Positions 35,794 to 45,607 are shown, counted from the stretch's first letter. The stretch is 64,000 nt of DNA from Candidatus Omnitrophota bacterium (GCA_037146775.1 JBAWWL010000005.1:33848-97847); one strand, 5' to 3'. Notes: generated from the sequence alone by a model not told the origin. A program made the numbers and translations.

Positions 35794-38085
35794 ATGAAAA
35801 AAATAACATCATTTTCTTTTTTCCTTATAGGTTTTACTGCTATGAGCGCGCAAATCATCTTTGCGCGGGAACTATTGATTACCTTTTACGGTAACGAATT
35901 GTCTCTCGGCTTAATTTTATCATGTTGGCTCTTTTTTACGGCCACAGGCAGTATTGTTTTAGGTTTCTTCAGCGGCAGGATTAAAAACAAGTTGAATTTC
36001 TTTGCCTCTTGCCAGATTGTTGTTGGTATTTTTCTTGTTTCCATTCCTTTAGAAATTCGTGCGATCAAAAGTATCTTTCAGGTAGCTACCGGTGAAGTTA
36101 TGCCTTTAGGGATTATTTCTGTATCCAGCATTATTGTTACTGCACCATTCTGTGCATTGCTTGGTTTCATGTTTGCGCTCGCCTGCCGCATCAATGAGCG
36201 TAAGCCAACCTTAGAGGCTGTCGTAATTAACAGTGTGTATGTATTAGAAACGACAGGCGCAATATTCGGTGGCATAATTGCCAGCGTCATATTGATAAAT
36301 TTCTTAAATACCTTCTACGCCGTTAGTGTGCTGGCTTTAGTAAATTTTTTTGCCGCGCTGTTGTTGATATATTTTTCTCAAGAGAGATATATTAAGAAGT
36401 TTTTGACTACTTTAGTTTTATTATTAATAGTAGTTTTCGTTTCGGCTTATTTTTTAAAAGGCTGGACCAAGATTGATAACTACTCGCAGAGATTACAATG
36501 GAGGGGTTTTCATATCATTGCTTCAGAAAATTCTATTTACGGAAACATTACTTTAGCCAGCAAAAATGAAGAGATCAGCTTTTTTAATAATGGGCTATTG
36601 CTTTATACTATTCCCGATACGCAAACAGCCGAAGAGGCCGTACACTTTGCTTTACTCCAGCATAAGAACCCTAAAGATATACTTTTGGTCGGCGCGGGCA
36701 TAGCCGGATTAACCCAAGAAATTTTAAAATATCCTTCGACAAAGATAGACTACATAGAGCTTGACCCTTTGATCATTAAAATGGCCGACACATATGTCTT
36801 GAGAGAAACACAAATATATCGCGATAATGCAAGATTAACAATAAAGAATATCGATGGCAGGTTGTTTGTTAAAAGTAGTCAGAAAAAATACGACTGCATC
36901 ATTATACATTTAGGCGACCCTTTACTGGCACAACTAAATAGATATTATACTTTTGAATTCTTTAAGGAAGTAAAAAACATTTTGAAAAAAGACGGAGTTT
37001 TTTCTTTTACTGTCAGTTCTTCGGAAAATTATATCAATGCCGACCTAAAAAAAGTTTTGCAATCGTTTTATATAACGCTACAAAAAGTTTTTCCTGACGT
37101 AAAAGTCATACCCGGCGATACTGCTTGTTTTTTGGCTTCAACCAGCAAGAATGCGCTTACGTATGATTACGATATTCTCACTAAAAGGGCACATCAAAGA
37201 ATGGTCGATCTAAAATATATACGTGAATACTATCTTGCCTCAAAAATGTCCGCCCAAAGAGTGCATTATTTTGAAACAATACTCTCGAAAAAAAATCAAG
37301 CAGCGATTAATTATGACTTTTACCCGACAAGCTATTTTTATGAAACGATTTTTCATTTAAGCCTTTTTAGGGATTCACAATTTGCCAAGATACTTAGGTC
37401 CACAACTGCTGATAAGATTTGGGTTATTTTTAATATTCTTGTCGTCGCCATTTTAATTTGGTTTATTTCATTCAAAAATAAAGCAAACTACTCACACATC
37501 TTTATATTCGCAATAGGAGTGACTGGTTTCGGTCAGATGGCATTTCAGATGCTCATTTTACTCTCATTTCAGATAATATACGGCTACATGTTTTATAAAC
37601 TAGGGTTTATTTTAACTTCTTTTATGCTCGGGCTGGCATTAGGAGCATTATGGATCAATACGCATGCTTCCAAGCTAAAAAAAACAGTTAACAGCTTTCT
37701 TTATGCTCAATTAGCACTTACTGCGTATTCGGTTGTTTTACCCCTATTTTTTTGGTGGCAGAAAAGTCAGACAATTGATATGATGTATAAATTAGGAGCA
37801 GGAGTATTTTTCCCTTTATTATCCGGGATAGGCGGTTTTATCGGTGGTTGGCAATTTTCTTTGGCAAATATAATATGTCTAAAACATTATCGCAAACCTG
37901 CTATAATAGGGAACTTTATCTATGCCGCAGATTTATTCGGCGCATGTTTAGGAGCATTTTTAGTGAGTACTTTTCTTATCCCAGTTATCGGCATACCTAA
38001 TAGCTGTGCGATGCTGACAATGATAAATCTGATAGTGTGCGGCCTGCTTTTGGCCTCGGCTAAATCTAATAATATTGGCAATTAA
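35794..38085 (+). CDS. polytopic membrane protein fused to a spermidine-synthase-like (aminopropyltransferase-fold) domain
   Basis: 763 aa. About 8 N-terminal TM helices. Central LLVGAGIAGLTQEI...DYIELDP...IIIHLGDP Rossmann-type SpeE-like block. More TM helices C-terminally. Confidence 0.6.
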   Translation: MKKITSFSFFLIGFTAMSAQIIFARELLITFYGNELSLGLILSCWLFFTATGSIVLGFFSGRIKNKLNFFASCQIVVGIFLVSIPLEIRAIKSIFQVATGEVMPLGIISVSSIIVTAPFCALLGFMFALACRINERKPTLEAVVINSVYVLETTGAIFGGIIASVILINFLNTFYAVSVLALVNFFAALLLIYFSQERYIKKFLTTLVLLLIVVFVSAYFLKGWTKIDNYSQRLQWRGFHIIASENSIYGNITLASKNEEISFFNNGLLLYTIPDTQTAEEAVHFALLQHKNPKDILLVGAGIAGLTQEILKYPSTKIDYIELDPLIIKMADTYVLRETQIYRDNARLTIKNIDGRLFVKSSQKKYDCIIIHLGDPLLAQLNRYYTFEFFKEVKNILKKDGVFSFTVSSSENYINADLKKVLQSFYITLQKVFPDVKVIPGDTACFLASTSKNALTYDYDILTKRAHQRMVDLKYIREYYLASKMSAQRVHYFETILSKKNQAAINYDFYPTSYFYETIFHLSLFRDSQFAKILRSTTADKIWVIFNILVVAILIWFISFKNKANYSHIFIFAIGVTGFGQMAFQMLILLSFQIIYGYMFYKLGFILTSFMLGLALGALWINTHASKLKKTVNSFLYAQLALTAYSVVLPLFFWWQKSQTIDMMYKLGAGVFFPLLSGIGGFIGGWQFSLANIICLKHYRKPAIIGNFIYAADLFGACLGAFLVSTFLIPVIGIPNSCAMLTMINLIVCGLLLASAKSNNIGN

Positions 38086-38105
38086 TAAATTTGAGGAGGG
38101 AGTCT

Positions 38106-38267
38106 ATGTTCGATCTTAGTAAACTAGGCGATATGGCTAAAATTGCCCAGGAAGCAAAGCAAATTCAGGAAAAACAGGAACGTTTTCAGAAAGAGCAGAT
38201 TGACCTGCTGAAAAAAATATCCCAGCAGTTAGAGGAGCTAATACGGCTGGCAAAGGAAACGAAATAA
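38106..38267 (+). CDS. unannotated 53-aa coiled-coil protein (YbaB-N-terminus-like)
   Basis: Not in the ORF track (below 60 aa). GGAGGGAG SD 5 nt upstream. MFDLSKLGDMAKIAQEAKQIQEKQ resembles the YbaB/EbfC N-terminus. Confidence 0.35.
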   Translation: MFDLSKLGDMAKIAQEAKQIQEKQERFQKEQIDLLKKISQQLEELIRLAKETK

Positions 38268-38320
38268 TCTAAGCTATTGCGGTCATTTTCCTTCCGTTAT
38301 TATTCTTAACCTATATAAAG

Positions 38321-39331
38321 ATGAAAGCGTTAGCATTATTTTCCGGCGGATTGGACAGCACTCTCGCCGTAAAAGTAATTTTAAACCAAGGGGTGGAGGT
38401 GATCGCCTTACATTTTTTAACGCCCCTTTCCTGTACAGACGCAGTCCATCAAGAAGCTCTCAGGAAAAAAGTTCAGGAACAATTAGAGGTCGAGCTTAAA
38501 ATAATTAAACTTGCCGATGATTATCTGGAAATCCTCAAACATCCCGTGTTTGGTTACGGCAGAAATCTAAATCCCTGCATAGACTGTAAAATTTTAATGC
38601 TCAAACACGCAAAAGCGTTGTTGTCTGAAACAGGCGCTTCTTTTGTTGTTACCGGAGAAGTGCTTGGCCAGCGGCCAAAATCTCAACATAAAGATGCTCT
38701 TGGCTCGATAGAAAAGTGCTCGGGGCTGGAAGGGCTTCTGCTCAGGCCTTTGTCGGCAAAACTTCTGCCTCTTACTGTTGTGGAGGAGAAAGGTTGGATA
38801 AAAAGAGAGGATCTTTATGGTTTTCAAGGACGCAACCGTACCCCCCAGATTAACTTAGCGAAGCAGTTGGGGATTCAAGATTATGCTCAGCCGGCGGGAG
38901 GGTGTCTTTTGACCAACCCTTCATTTTGTCCCCGGGTAAAAGACTTTCTGGAAAAAGACGGAATAGATTTACATAGCTTGGAGCTCTTGAAATGGGGTAA
39001 GCATTTTCGTATAACTCCAACTTTTAAACTGGTGGTGGGCAGGGATGAAGCAGAGAACAAGCTGCTTATGGAACACATACAGAAAGGCGATATCATTTTT
39101 GAGCCGCAAGAATTACCCGGCCCCACCGCTATCGGCAGGGGAATCATCAACGACGAGATAAAAACTCTATGTAGCTGTATTGTCGCGCGTCACACTGTTT
39201 CCGATGGCCGGCAGGTAAAGATAACAATTACGGCGGATGATGGTGTGCGGCAGGTTGTCTTGGCGTCGGGCATTGACGAGATAAGACTAAAAGAGTTACT
39301 CATACAGCAAGAAGGGTATAATAGCCGATGA
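38321..39331 (+). CDS. PP-loop ATPase of the MnmA/ThiI-like tRNA sulfurtransferase superfamily
   Basis: LFSGGLDS PP-loop. NPCIDCKILMLK aligns to MnmA NPDILCNKEIKF (catalytic Cys). GGCLLTN second Cys block. Confidence 0.5.
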   Translation: MKALALFSGGLDSTLAVKVILNQGVEVIALHFLTPLSCTDAVHQEALRKKVQEQLEVELKIIKLADDYLEILKHPVFGYGRNLNPCIDCKILMLKHAKALLSETGASFVVTGEVLGQRPKSQHKDALGSIEKCSGLEGLLLRPLSAKLLPLTVVEEKGWIKREDLYGFQGRNRTPQINLAKQLGIQDYAQPAGGCLLTNPSFCPRVKDFLEKDGIDLHSLELLKWGKHFRITPTFKLVVGRDEAENKLLMEHIQKGDIIFEPQELPGPTAIGRGIINDEIKTLCSCIVARHTVSDGRQVKITITADDGVRQVVLASGIDEIRLKELLIQQEGYNSR

Positions 39332-41061
39332 AATTATTCTTTTTTGTAGTCTTCTTGCTTTTCCCGCTGCTCTGTGTGGCGCAAAGTATAACCTTAGAAC
39401 CAATTACTATAACCACGCAAAATTACGAAGATTCCACGCAAAGCGTAGATGAATTTTCACTTCCGGACATAGAAAACCTTCCCGCATCGTCACCGGAAGA
39501 GCTTCTGGATTATTCTTCCGATGTTAACTTAATAAAACGTGCGCCTTTTGGGCTACAACAGGATGTTTCGATTCGCGGTTCTATCTTTGAGGATGCTTCC
39601 GTGAGCTTGGCCGGCGTTAAGATCAATGATCCGCAGACCGGACATTTTAGCTTAGAAATACCTTTAACCAGCGCGGACTTGAATAAGGTGGCGATCTATA
39701 AGAATTCACAAAAGATAGAATTCACGCCTAAAAAACCAACAGATAAAGGTTTTCTTCTTAAAACTTCTTTTGGCCAGCACGCGCTTTGGGAGAATCTCGC
39801 CTCTGTAAATTTTCCTCTGGCAGGGACAAAAAACAGATTGTCCATAGAACATAAGGTTGCCAAGGGCGGCCGCCGTGACACCGACTTTGATATATATAAT
39901 TTTTCCTATCATTCTTTTTGGCAAGGAGAAGGAAGTGACGCGGAGTTTTTGTTTGGTTTAACCAAAAAGGATTTTGGCGCGGACAGTTTTTATTCTTCGA
40001 GTTTCACTCAAGAAGAGGAACATACCAACCAGAGGTTTTTATTGGCGCGCTTAGGGATAGAGGCAAATTCTTTTAAGCTCAATAACACGGTATATTGGCG
40101 CAGGCACCGCGATAAATTTATTTTAAACCGCGCCAACCCTTCTTTCTATACCAATTTTCACACTACTAACGTATATGGTTTAAAGCAGGAATTTAATTTT
40201 TATAATGATTTATTCGCCGCCTTGAATGTAGAGCAGGAAAAAATAGACAGCACTAATTTGAGCAAACATTATCGCCTGCGAAAGGGCTTAGGTTTGGGTT
40301 TAAAGGACAAACAGTTTGGTAAGTTCCTGCTGGGATTTTCCGGCGGCACCGATTATTACGATAAATGGCGTTACTTAGAGAACGCGCATCTGGGATTAGG
40401 ATATTTACTTAAAGATGAGCTAAAGTTACGTTTTTCTTTTGACCGTATCTGGCGCGTGCCGTCTTTTACGGAATTGTATTATTCTGATCCGGCAAATATA
40501 GGCAATGCCAATCTGGGTGTGCAAAAATCAAACAATTTTGAGGCTGGTTTTGACTATGCGCCTTTTGACTTTTTAAGTACCGCTTACGGATTTTTTTTTC
40601 GAGACCAATCCCACACTATCGATTGGGTAAAGAATAATTCCGCCGATGCCTGGCAGGCGCAGAATGTAGGCAATGTCGGCGCATATGGTTTTGACTTTAG
40701 CTCAAAAGTTAAATTTAAAAATCTTGTTTTAGAGGACGTCTCTTTTAATTATACCTATCTCAATCTCAATAAGAGCAGTCCATATAGTTATTCCAAATAT
40801 GTTTTTGATTATGATAAGCATAAGGTAGTTACCAACCTCGGTTTTAATTACAAAGGGGTCAAAGCCAACGTAATCAGCAATTTTTCAAAACCGGTAGACA
40901 GGGAAAAATACGTTACCTTTGATTTAAGGATAGAAAAACAAATCCGCAACCTTACCCTTGCCTTAGAAGGCACTAATATTTTTAACGCAAATTACGAAGA
41001 AATGAAAGATATTGACGCTACCGGCAGATGGTATAAGCTAAGTTTAGCCTACGCTTTCTAA
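39328..41061 (+). CDS. TonB-dependent-receptor-like outer-membrane beta-barrel protein
   Basis: Signal peptide. Plug-like N-terminal region (IRGS...AGVKINDPQTGH). Alternating beta pattern. C-terminal LSLAYAF with terminal Phe. Confidence 0.6.
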   Translation: MKLFFFVVFLLFPLLCVAQSITLEPITITTQNYEDSTQSVDEFSLPDIENLPASSPEELLDYSSDVNLIKRAPFGLQQDVSIRGSIFEDASVSLAGVKINDPQTGHFSLEIPLTSADLNKVAIYKNSQKIEFTPKKPTDKGFLLKTSFGQHALWENLASVNFPLAGTKNRLSIEHKVAKGGRRDTDFDIYNFSYHSFWQGEGSDAEFLFGLTKKDFGADSFYSSSFTQEEEHTNQRFLLARLGIEANSFKLNNTVYWRRHRDKFILNRANPSFYTNFHTTNVYGLKQEFNFYNDLFAALNVEQEKIDSTNLSKHYRLRKGLGLGLKDKQFGKFLLGFSGGTDYYDKWRYLENAHLGLGYLLKDELKLRFSFDRIWRVPSFTELYYSDPANIGNANLGVQKSNNFEAGFDYAPFDFLSTAYGFFFRDQSHTIDWVKNNSADAWQAQNVGNVGAYGFDFSSKVKFKNLVLEDVSFNYTYLNLNKSSPYSYSKYVFDYDKHKVVTNLGFNYKGVKANVISNFSKPVDREKYVTFDLRIEKQIRNLTLALEGTNIFNANYEEMKDIDATGRWYKLSLAYAF

Positions 41062-41085
41062 CAAAAATTACAAAGGTTTATTGCT

Positions 41086-41607
41086 TTGAGTGATATTGTA
41101 TATTCACAGATTCCTACCGACAACTTTTCTACCGTTAAACTGCCCGATGATTTTTATTTTTGGCTGTGGCGTCCGGCGCTTCTTAAAATAATCCCGCCAG
41201 GATTAAGTTCTAGAAGAATACTCCATTGGTTATGCCATTGGCTACATTTATTTTATAATAAAGATTATGCGGTGTTATATATCGTAAAAAATAATAAAAT
41301 TTTACATCGCTCATGCATAATTCCTTCTTCGATACGCTGCCTGTTTATGGATAAAAAAGACATTTGTGTTTCTATGGTCTGGACAGATCCGAAATACCGC
41401 CGGCAGGGTTTAGCAACATCAGCATTAAGGCAGGTAATGTTTTTGATGAAAAAGCCGGGAAGAGTGTTTTGGTACATTACTCAAGACAGTAACCATGCTT
41501 CTAGTTGGGCCTGCCTAAAAGCTGGATTTAAGCCTGTAGGCAAAGCAAAACGGGTGCGCATTAAGGGTTATTTCTTTGAGCAGTTAACCTTAGAGATATT
41601 TAAGTAA
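41086..41607 (+). CDS. GNAT-family N-acetyltransferase
   Basis: Motif A RRQGLATSAL. No in-frame ATG in the first 88 codons, so TTG start assumed. Confidence 0.45.
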   Translation: MSDIVYSQIPTDNFSTVKLPDDFYFWLWRPALLKIIPPGLSSRRILHWLCHWLHLFYNKDYAVLYIVKNNKILHRSCIIPSSIRCLFMDKKDICVSMVWTDPKYRRQGLATSALRQVMFLMKKPGRVFWYITQDSNHASSWACLKAGFKPVGKAKRVRIKGYFFEQLTLEIFK

Positions 41608-41639
41608 TATGCAGCTTACTTAAGGAATGTAATATTAAT

Positions 41640-41930
41640 TTGATTTATGCATTCACGGCGCTTCCCGATGATGTCGGGATTTCGCTTATTAGCGTATTAA
41701 GGTGCTCAAAAAACCGTGGTATTCACCCCGAGAAATTCCAAAGGAATTTCCGGGACTAAAGTCCTCGTAATCCTTCGGATTGCAGAGGGTACCGCGTGCG
41801 TCTGCCGGCAAGGCAGGGATTATGTGATGCGCCGTTCAGTATTAGCCCAGCAGGCGCCCGTAGGGCAGCCTGCTGGGTAGCCATACTGAAACCTTGGGCT
41901 TTCGCCCGAGGAGCTATGGAAGGCTTCATT
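41640..41930 (+). ncRNA. candidate structured non-coding RNA of unknown class
   Basis: GC-elevated, ORF-poor segment. At least 7 local hairpins, several capped by UUCG/GNRA-type loops. Confidence 0.3.
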
Positions 41931-42107
41931 TACCACTATTTTATAACAACTACAGATATTTTTAGTTTTTATACCGGTATTATCCATGCTCCCTACGTTT
42001 TTATTTTTTCATTGACATCTTTGGCTTAAGGTATACAATATTCCAATTTTTTCATTACACCGCGAAAAGTCTTGTTGTAGAGATTTTTTCATATATACCG
42101 TAATAAA

Positions 42108-43949
42108 ATGTTAAATTTATTCAATATCAGTATATCTTTTTTGCATGACCCACTTTCCTTATTTTTCGTATTTACTATCCTGCTCATCTCTCTGCCTTCG
42201 GTAATTTATTCCCTTGGGTATCTCAAGGGTGAATACTCTTTGAAGAAAAGGTTCTACGGCTTGACGCTTTTTACCATTTTTGTCATTTCGATGTGTTTAG
42301 TGGTAACCGTAGATAACGCGCTTATGTTCCTTATTTGCTGGGAGCTGATGTCGTTGGTTTCTTATTTCCTGGTTATCTTCGACCATGAGAACGAAAAATC
42401 TATACGTGCCGGAACGATTTATGTGGTGATGATGCATATCGGAACCGCCTTTATTGCCGCCGCTTTCCTTATTATGTATAAACATGCCGGCTCTTTTGAT
42501 TTCGCGGCCCTTAAGGCGGCTTGTCAAAGTATGCCTATTGCTACCAAAAACTTACTTTTTGTATTTTTCCTTCTTGGTTTCGGCACTAAAGCCGGGATTG
42601 TGCCTTTGCATATATGGCTTCCTTTGGCACATCCTCAGGCACCCAGTCATATTTCAAGTCTGATGTCGGGAGTGATGATTAAAACCGCTATTTACGGAAT
42701 AATCAGGTTTATTATTTTTGTTCTCGGGGTTAGCTCTTTGTGGTGGGGGAATTTAGTTTTAATCCTGGCCGCGTTTTCCTGCCTTATCGGAGTTATCTAC
42801 GCGCTGATGGAGCACGACATAAAAAAGCTTCTGGCTTATCATAGCGTAGAAAATATCGGAATAATTCTTTTAGGCGTGGGCGCTTGTATGGTATTTTTAC
42901 AATGCAATCTGCCCTATATGGCGGTGTTTTCTCTGGCCGCCGGCTTGTATCATTTGATTAATCACGCTATCTTTAAGAGCCTTCTGTTTCTCTGTGCAGG
43001 AAGCGTATATAAAGTAACCGGAACGCGTGACATGGAAAAGCTCGGAGGCCTCATTAAAAAAATGCCTTGGACTGCCGCCGCCTTTCTTATGGGAGCAATG
43101 GCAATCTCGGCATTACCTCCTCTAAACGGTTTTGTGAGCGAGTGGTTGATCCTGCAGACGTTTTTTTTAGGTATGTTAAAGGTCTCGGGCGGCCTTAAAG
43201 TCTTTTTCGCACTTTGTGCTGCCGCTTTAGCTTTGACCGGAGGCCTGGCGGCTGCCTGCTTCGTAAAAGCTTTCGGTATTACTTTCCTGGCGATGCCAAG
43301 AAGCAGTAAAGCGAAAGAGGCGAAAGAGGTGGTTTTTTCCATGAAGGCGGGTATGGTTTTTTTAAGCGCACTGACGCTTATTTTTGGCCTAGCTGCAGGG
43401 GTAATATTCAAGGTATTGGCGGCAATCGCTCAGAGTATAGTAGCTGCGGACGCTCCTGCGATGAATTTTAGTTTGAACAATTTTACGCTCGCAACCGTCT
43501 CGGACAACCCAACCTATCTTTCTCCTCTGGCGGTTGCTTTGGTGCTTGTCGCGGTGATGGCGGTAACGGCAATTCTGGTTTTTGTAGTGGCAGGCAAGGC
43601 GAGAGTGAAGAAATACGGCACCTGGGATTGCGGGTATTATAAGTTGACCGGCCGCAATGAATATACCTCAACGGCATTTTCCAAGCCTTTCAGGATAGCG
43701 TTTAGTTTCTTTCTGCGGCCTTACAGAAAAACAGAAAAAATTAGAGAATCTTTTTACCACGTCAAAGCTTTCAAGTACGAAACATTTACTACGCCGGTTT
43801 TTAAAAAGTATATATACGCGCCGATTTTGGCTATCACGTTCGGTTCAGCCCGCCTTATGCGCCGGATTCAGCCCGGAAGCATACACTTATATATTGCGTA
43901 TATTTTTGTAACCATAGTCACTTTAATTATTTTTATGAAGATATTTTAA
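42108..43949 (+). CDS. NuoL/HyfB/MnhA-like antiporter-type membrane subunit of an Ehr-type complex
   Basis: 613 aa. About 16 TM helices. PF00361 proton-pumping-subunit pattern (WLPLAHPQAPSHISSLM). Confidence 0.8.
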   Translation: MLNLFNISISFLHDPLSLFFVFTILLISLPSVIYSLGYLKGEYSLKKRFYGLTLFTIFVISMCLVVTVDNALMFLICWELMSLVSYFLVIFDHENEKSIRAGTIYVVMMHIGTAFIAAAFLIMYKHAGSFDFAALKAACQSMPIATKNLLFVFFLLGFGTKAGIVPLHIWLPLAHPQAPSHISSLMSGVMIKTAIYGIIRFIIFVLGVSSLWWGNLVLILAAFSCLIGVIYALMEHDIKKLLAYHSVENIGIILLGVGACMVFLQCNLPYMAVFSLAAGLYHLINHAIFKSLLFLCAGSVYKVTGTRDMEKLGGLIKKMPWTAAAFLMGAMAISALPPLNGFVSEWLILQTFFLGMLKVSGGLKVFFALCAAALALTGGLAAACFVKAFGITFLAMPRSSKAKEAKEVVFSMKAGMVFLSALTLIFGLAAGVIFKVLAAIAQSIVAADAPAMNFSLNNFTLATVSDNPTYLSPLAVALVLVAVMAVTAILVFVVAGKARVKKYGTWDCGYYKLTGRNEYTSTAFSKPFRIAFSFFLRPYRKTEKIRESFYHVKAFKYETFTTPVFKKYIYAPILAITFGSARLMRRIQPGSIHLYIAYIFVTIVTLIIFMKIF

Positions 43950-44017
43950 AAAAGGTAGTTTATTCAAAAAAACGCAAAAACAGTTTCTTTAAAAACAGAT
44001 TGTTAACCATATAACAC

Positions 44018-44935
44018 ATGAGAACAGTATTTAGTATTTTGCAAATCATTATGTTGATAGTCATTGCTCCTTTGGTGAGCGGATTGATTACTAAGATAAA
44101 GAACAATGTGCGTCTGCGCCGCGGGCAAAGTGTATTCCAACCCTACTATAATTTAGCTAAGTTATTTTCTAAAGAAGAGGTGATCTCCGAGCATACTTCT
44201 TGGATATTCAGCGTTACGCCTTACGTGGTGTTTGCTTCGACGGTTACCGCTTTATTCTTGGTGCCGACATTTATAGCGAAGAATCCGCAGGGGTGTATGG
44301 GTGATTTATTTTTATTAGTATTTATTTTATCTTTGGGCCGCTTTTTTCTGGCTTTGGCCGGCTTAGACAGCGGAAGCGCTTTTGGCGGTATGGGTTCTTC
44401 TCGAGAAATGTTTATTTCAAGCTTTGCCGAGCCGGCGGCTATATTGGTATTTTTTGCGGTTTCTTTAAGTGCGGGCAGCACAAATTTAGGTGCGGTAACC
44501 ACAGGTGGATTCAGGCTTTCTTGGTTGGTCGCGGCGGTTTCTCTTTTGCTGGTAGTTTTGGCGGAGACCTCGCGTATACCGGTGGACAATCAGGAAACGC
44601 ACTTAGAACTTACCATGGTCCACGAGGCGATGATTTTAGAATATTCCGGCCGTTCGCTCGCTTTAATCGAGCTTGCGTCTTACGTGAAACAAATTGTCTT
44701 TTTTTCTCTGCTTGGCGCGATTGTCTGGCCTTGTATGGCGGCCGCTTCGGCAGGTTATGCAGAAATCATCGCGGCGCTGGCCGCTTACCTTTTAAAGATA
44801 GCTGGCCTTGTGCTGGTAGTGGCGTTAGTCGAGGTGTCATTGGCGAAGATGCGGCTGTTTAGGGTAGTTGATTTTCTCTATTTCTCTTTTGTTATCGCAT
44901 TGGTAGCCGTAATCGCGGCGGTATTTGGAGTATAA
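44018..44935 (+). CDS. NuoH/HycD-like membrane subunit
   Basis: 305 aa. NuoH-family N-terminus (QPYYNLAKLFSKE) and SSREM motif. Confidence 0.75.
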   Translation: MRTVFSILQIIMLIVIAPLVSGLITKIKNNVRLRRGQSVFQPYYNLAKLFSKEEVISEHTSWIFSVTPYVVFASTVTALFLVPTFIAKNPQGCMGDLFLLVFILSLGRFFLALAGLDSGSAFGGMGSSREMFISSFAEPAAILVFFAVSLSAGSTNLGAVTTGGFRLSWLVAAVSLLLVVLAETSRIPVDNQETHLELTMVHEAMILEYSGRSLALIELASYVKQIVFFSLLGAIVWPCMAAASAGYAEIIAALAAYLLKIAGLVLVVALVEVSLAKMRLFRVVDFLYFSFVIALVAVIAAVFGV

Positions 44936-45575
44936 CATGCATACATATATTTTTCTTTTAGGGATATTGGTGATGACTTATTTTATGATGATGGTAAAGC
45001 GGTTGCCGGCTCTCATCAACGGTTTTCGCTGGCAGTCGTTATTTTTATTTTTGTTAACCCTTTTGCTGGCCAAGAGAGAAGCCGATGGTGCTCTTTATGT
45101 TGTCGCGGGCTTAATTTTTCTTCTAAAGGTTGTGTTGGTCCCGTATTTTTTGTTGCGTATCGTAAAGAGGATAAAAGTAAACGAGAATCTCGGCTTTTTT
45201 ATGAACCCGCAGCTTTCGCTTTTAAGTGGTTTGCTTTTGACATATCTTTCTTATTTGTTTACGTTCAAGGTGATGCTCCTGGCTGATAGGATGCAGAGCG
45301 TTTCTTTTGCGCTTTCTCTGTGCGTGACTTTGATGGGCCTTTTTATAATGATTTTCCGGATGAAGGCGGTAGTACAGATTGTAGGGCTTTTGGTGATGGA
45401 GAACGGCTTATTTCTTACCGCAGTGACTATGTGCGGCGGCATGCCTTTTATTGTTGAACTTTCTACTTTTTTAGATATCTTTATCAGCGTTATCATTTTA
45501 GGAGTTTTTGTTTACCGGATAAATACTCTCTTTACGCACATTGATGTGAATAAACTGGATAGTTTGAGGGGATAA
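44925..45575 (+). CDS. HyfE-like small membrane subunit
   Basis: 216 aa with 6-7 TM helices. Same length class as E. coli HyfE. Operon position. Confidence 0.5.
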   Translation: MEYNMHTYIFLLGILVMTYFMMMVKRLPALINGFRWQSLFLFLLTLLLAKREADGALYVVAGLIFLLKVVLVPYFLLRIVKRIKVNENLGFFMNPQLSLLSGLLLTYLSYLFTFKVMLLADRMQSVSFALSLCVTLMGLFIMIFRMKAVVQIVGLLVMENGLFLTAVTMCGGMPFIVELSTFLDIFISVIILGVFVYRINTLFTHIDVNKLDSLRG

Positions 45576-45607
45576 GTAAATTATGGGCTGTATACGTTCG
45601 AGGTAAG

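Noticed and set aside
41640-41930. RNase P RNA / tmRNA / SRP RNA / cobalamin or FMN riboswitch identity for the structured segment
   Set aside because: Checked by eye for GGAAAGUCCGG / ACAGAACCCGGCU (RNase P). Also the tag-reading frame and T-arm CCACCA context (tmRNA), GGAAGCAGCC (SRP), GCCACUG (B12) and GGUGAAAUUCC pairs (FMN). None is present. A partial AUAGGGCAG-like string alone is insufficient.
41796-42029. 77-aa ORF (MRLPARQGLCDAPF...) in the GC-rich segment upstream of the Ehr operon
   Set aside because: Ala/Arg-rich composition. No SD. It sits in a hairpin-dense region better explained as structured non-coding sequence.
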